Assembly (NCBI GenBank): GCA_964579265.1
Contig: CAZOFO010000008.1
Location: 18,031-33,565 of the forward strand
Direction: 5' to 3'
DNA: 15,535 nucleotides
Source: Candidatus Micrarchaeota archaeon
GTDB lineage: Archaea > B1Sed10-29
Below are positions 15,401 to 15,535 of this stretch, piece after piece. How positions within the stretch are numbered: the first letter of the stretch is position 1; each line of letters begins with the position of its first letter. The position numbers were made by a program, and so were the translations under genes. Under the pieces are notes generated by a model that saw only the letters and a list, made by a program, of their open reading frames with translations, had not been told where the DNA came from and did not search any database.

Positions 15401-15522
15401 ATTGGTCCGTCTATGAAGCTCCATTTTTCGTTTCCTTTGTTTTTTTCTCTTCTTTTTTCAAAGATATTGTTTTTTTCCCAGAATTTTAGGATTTCTTCTT
15501 CTACTTTTTGTGGGTCGTACAT
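12430..15522 (-). CDS. ileS: Isoleucine--tRNA ligase, type 2-like, with GIHH signature
   Basis: DGPITAN..GIHH, VWTTTPWTL, GTGIVHIAPG.GEED, YPLCWRC, ISRKRYWGTPLP, DCWMDSG, FPADFITE and MSKSKGN motifs, and a long C-terminal domain with RE..R..Q..RK. ATG 15522 is preferred because GGTGA lies 5 nt upstream. The gene is at the window edge. Confidence 0.96.
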   Translation of the reverse strand: MYDPQKVEEEILKFWEKNNIFEKRREKNKGNEKWSFIDGPITANFKMGIHHAAGRSYKDLYQRWKAMQGYKQRYQNGFDTQGLPIELQAEKELEVNSRQEIEEIGIEKFIEKCKEIVEEYSQSQTEDSIKLGQWMDWENSYYTYKDEYIEHVWHFIKKCQEKDLLEEGTKVLWWCPRCGTSLSQKEVGDGYTELTDESIFIKLPLKEEENANLMVWTTTPWTLSANVVCAVNPEEIYAKVKQDGEIYYMAKDAVHTTMEGEYEIKEEFRGEKLIGKQYKPPHPNFETQKEPEHKVIPWEEVGTKEGTGIVHIAPGCGEEDEELGKEHKLASPSPINESGYYKEGYGWLTGKYVNEVNEKVTEKLKEKNILYRTLDYKHQYPLCWRCDEKLIQRKAEGEWFIDQTKIKEELEREASKVRWEPEFLEKEYYNWLENMGKWIISRKRYWGTPLPIWKCNDCGETKVIESRKELEEKAIEGTEQLKELHKPWIDKVKIKCSECGGESERIEEVADCWMDSGLVPYATLKYVKDKKYFEKWFPADFITEMREQVNKWFHTTMVSSVVLEGKTPYQNVMTYSEVTDDKGEQMSKSKGNTIWVNEAVEKIGMENIRWTFIKGNPKTKTSLGYESGEEAEQELSTLSNINQYIEGTLENREELKDEIREEKLKKEDKWLLSRLNTTKKEVKKYLEEMEPHKAAKKLKNFFLEDFSRGYIQYTRERTKKDSKVRTVMDKTLFETLKLMAPFTPFITEKIYQESYKGRKKEESIHLYDWPEPEKEKINRELEKKMNTAQEVNETIRALRSEIGRGIRWPVKKIIIETKQEEVEKAVEKLERIIKEQTNVKELEVMEKTPEVEKKTTLNQKAVGAEFQSDAPRVMKKTEKEDKLKEIREYIEEQGFARLDLGTKEVKLKRKHINIERKMPENLEVREFSKGEIYLDKEMNKEMETEGTAREVMRHTQQMRKKEGLEKKQDIELKIKTDQETAEKLEKWKEDIKERTGAREIEISESTSDKYEANKKIEVKNKKIKIGFNVL

Positions 15523-15535
15523 CTCAATCACCATT

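Overview
AT-rich archaeal chromosomal segment, mostly translation and proteostasis housekeeping genes. Archaeal markers: Trm1, eL33/L35Ae, group II chaperonin, RNase HII with a PIP-box tail, archaeal-type LeuRS, GGTGA/GGAGG ribosome-binding sites and TATA-like promoters. Compact spacing and Glu/Lys-rich proteins suggest a DPANN-like, possibly salt-adapted lineage (inference). Gene order: two orphan tail-anchored membrane proteins (+), trm1 and rpl35ae (-), rnhB (+), an unannotated 39-aa micro-ORF (+), a degenerate riboflavin/lumazine-synthase-fold protein (-), thermosome (-), tRNA-Cys(GCA)-cysS-GNAT (+), leuS (-), an orphan basic two-repeat protein (+), ileS (-). I saw no CRISPR array, integrase or transposase. 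Best leads: (1) three class I synthetases clustered around a YhhY/AaaT-like acetyltransferase, including an IleRS with the swapped GIHH signature linked in bacteria to mupirocin hyper-resistance; (2) a micro-protein ending in an HbYX-like motif near the thermosome; (3) a tail-anchored protein with a candidate HTH. Family assignments come from motif recognition by eye, not database searches.
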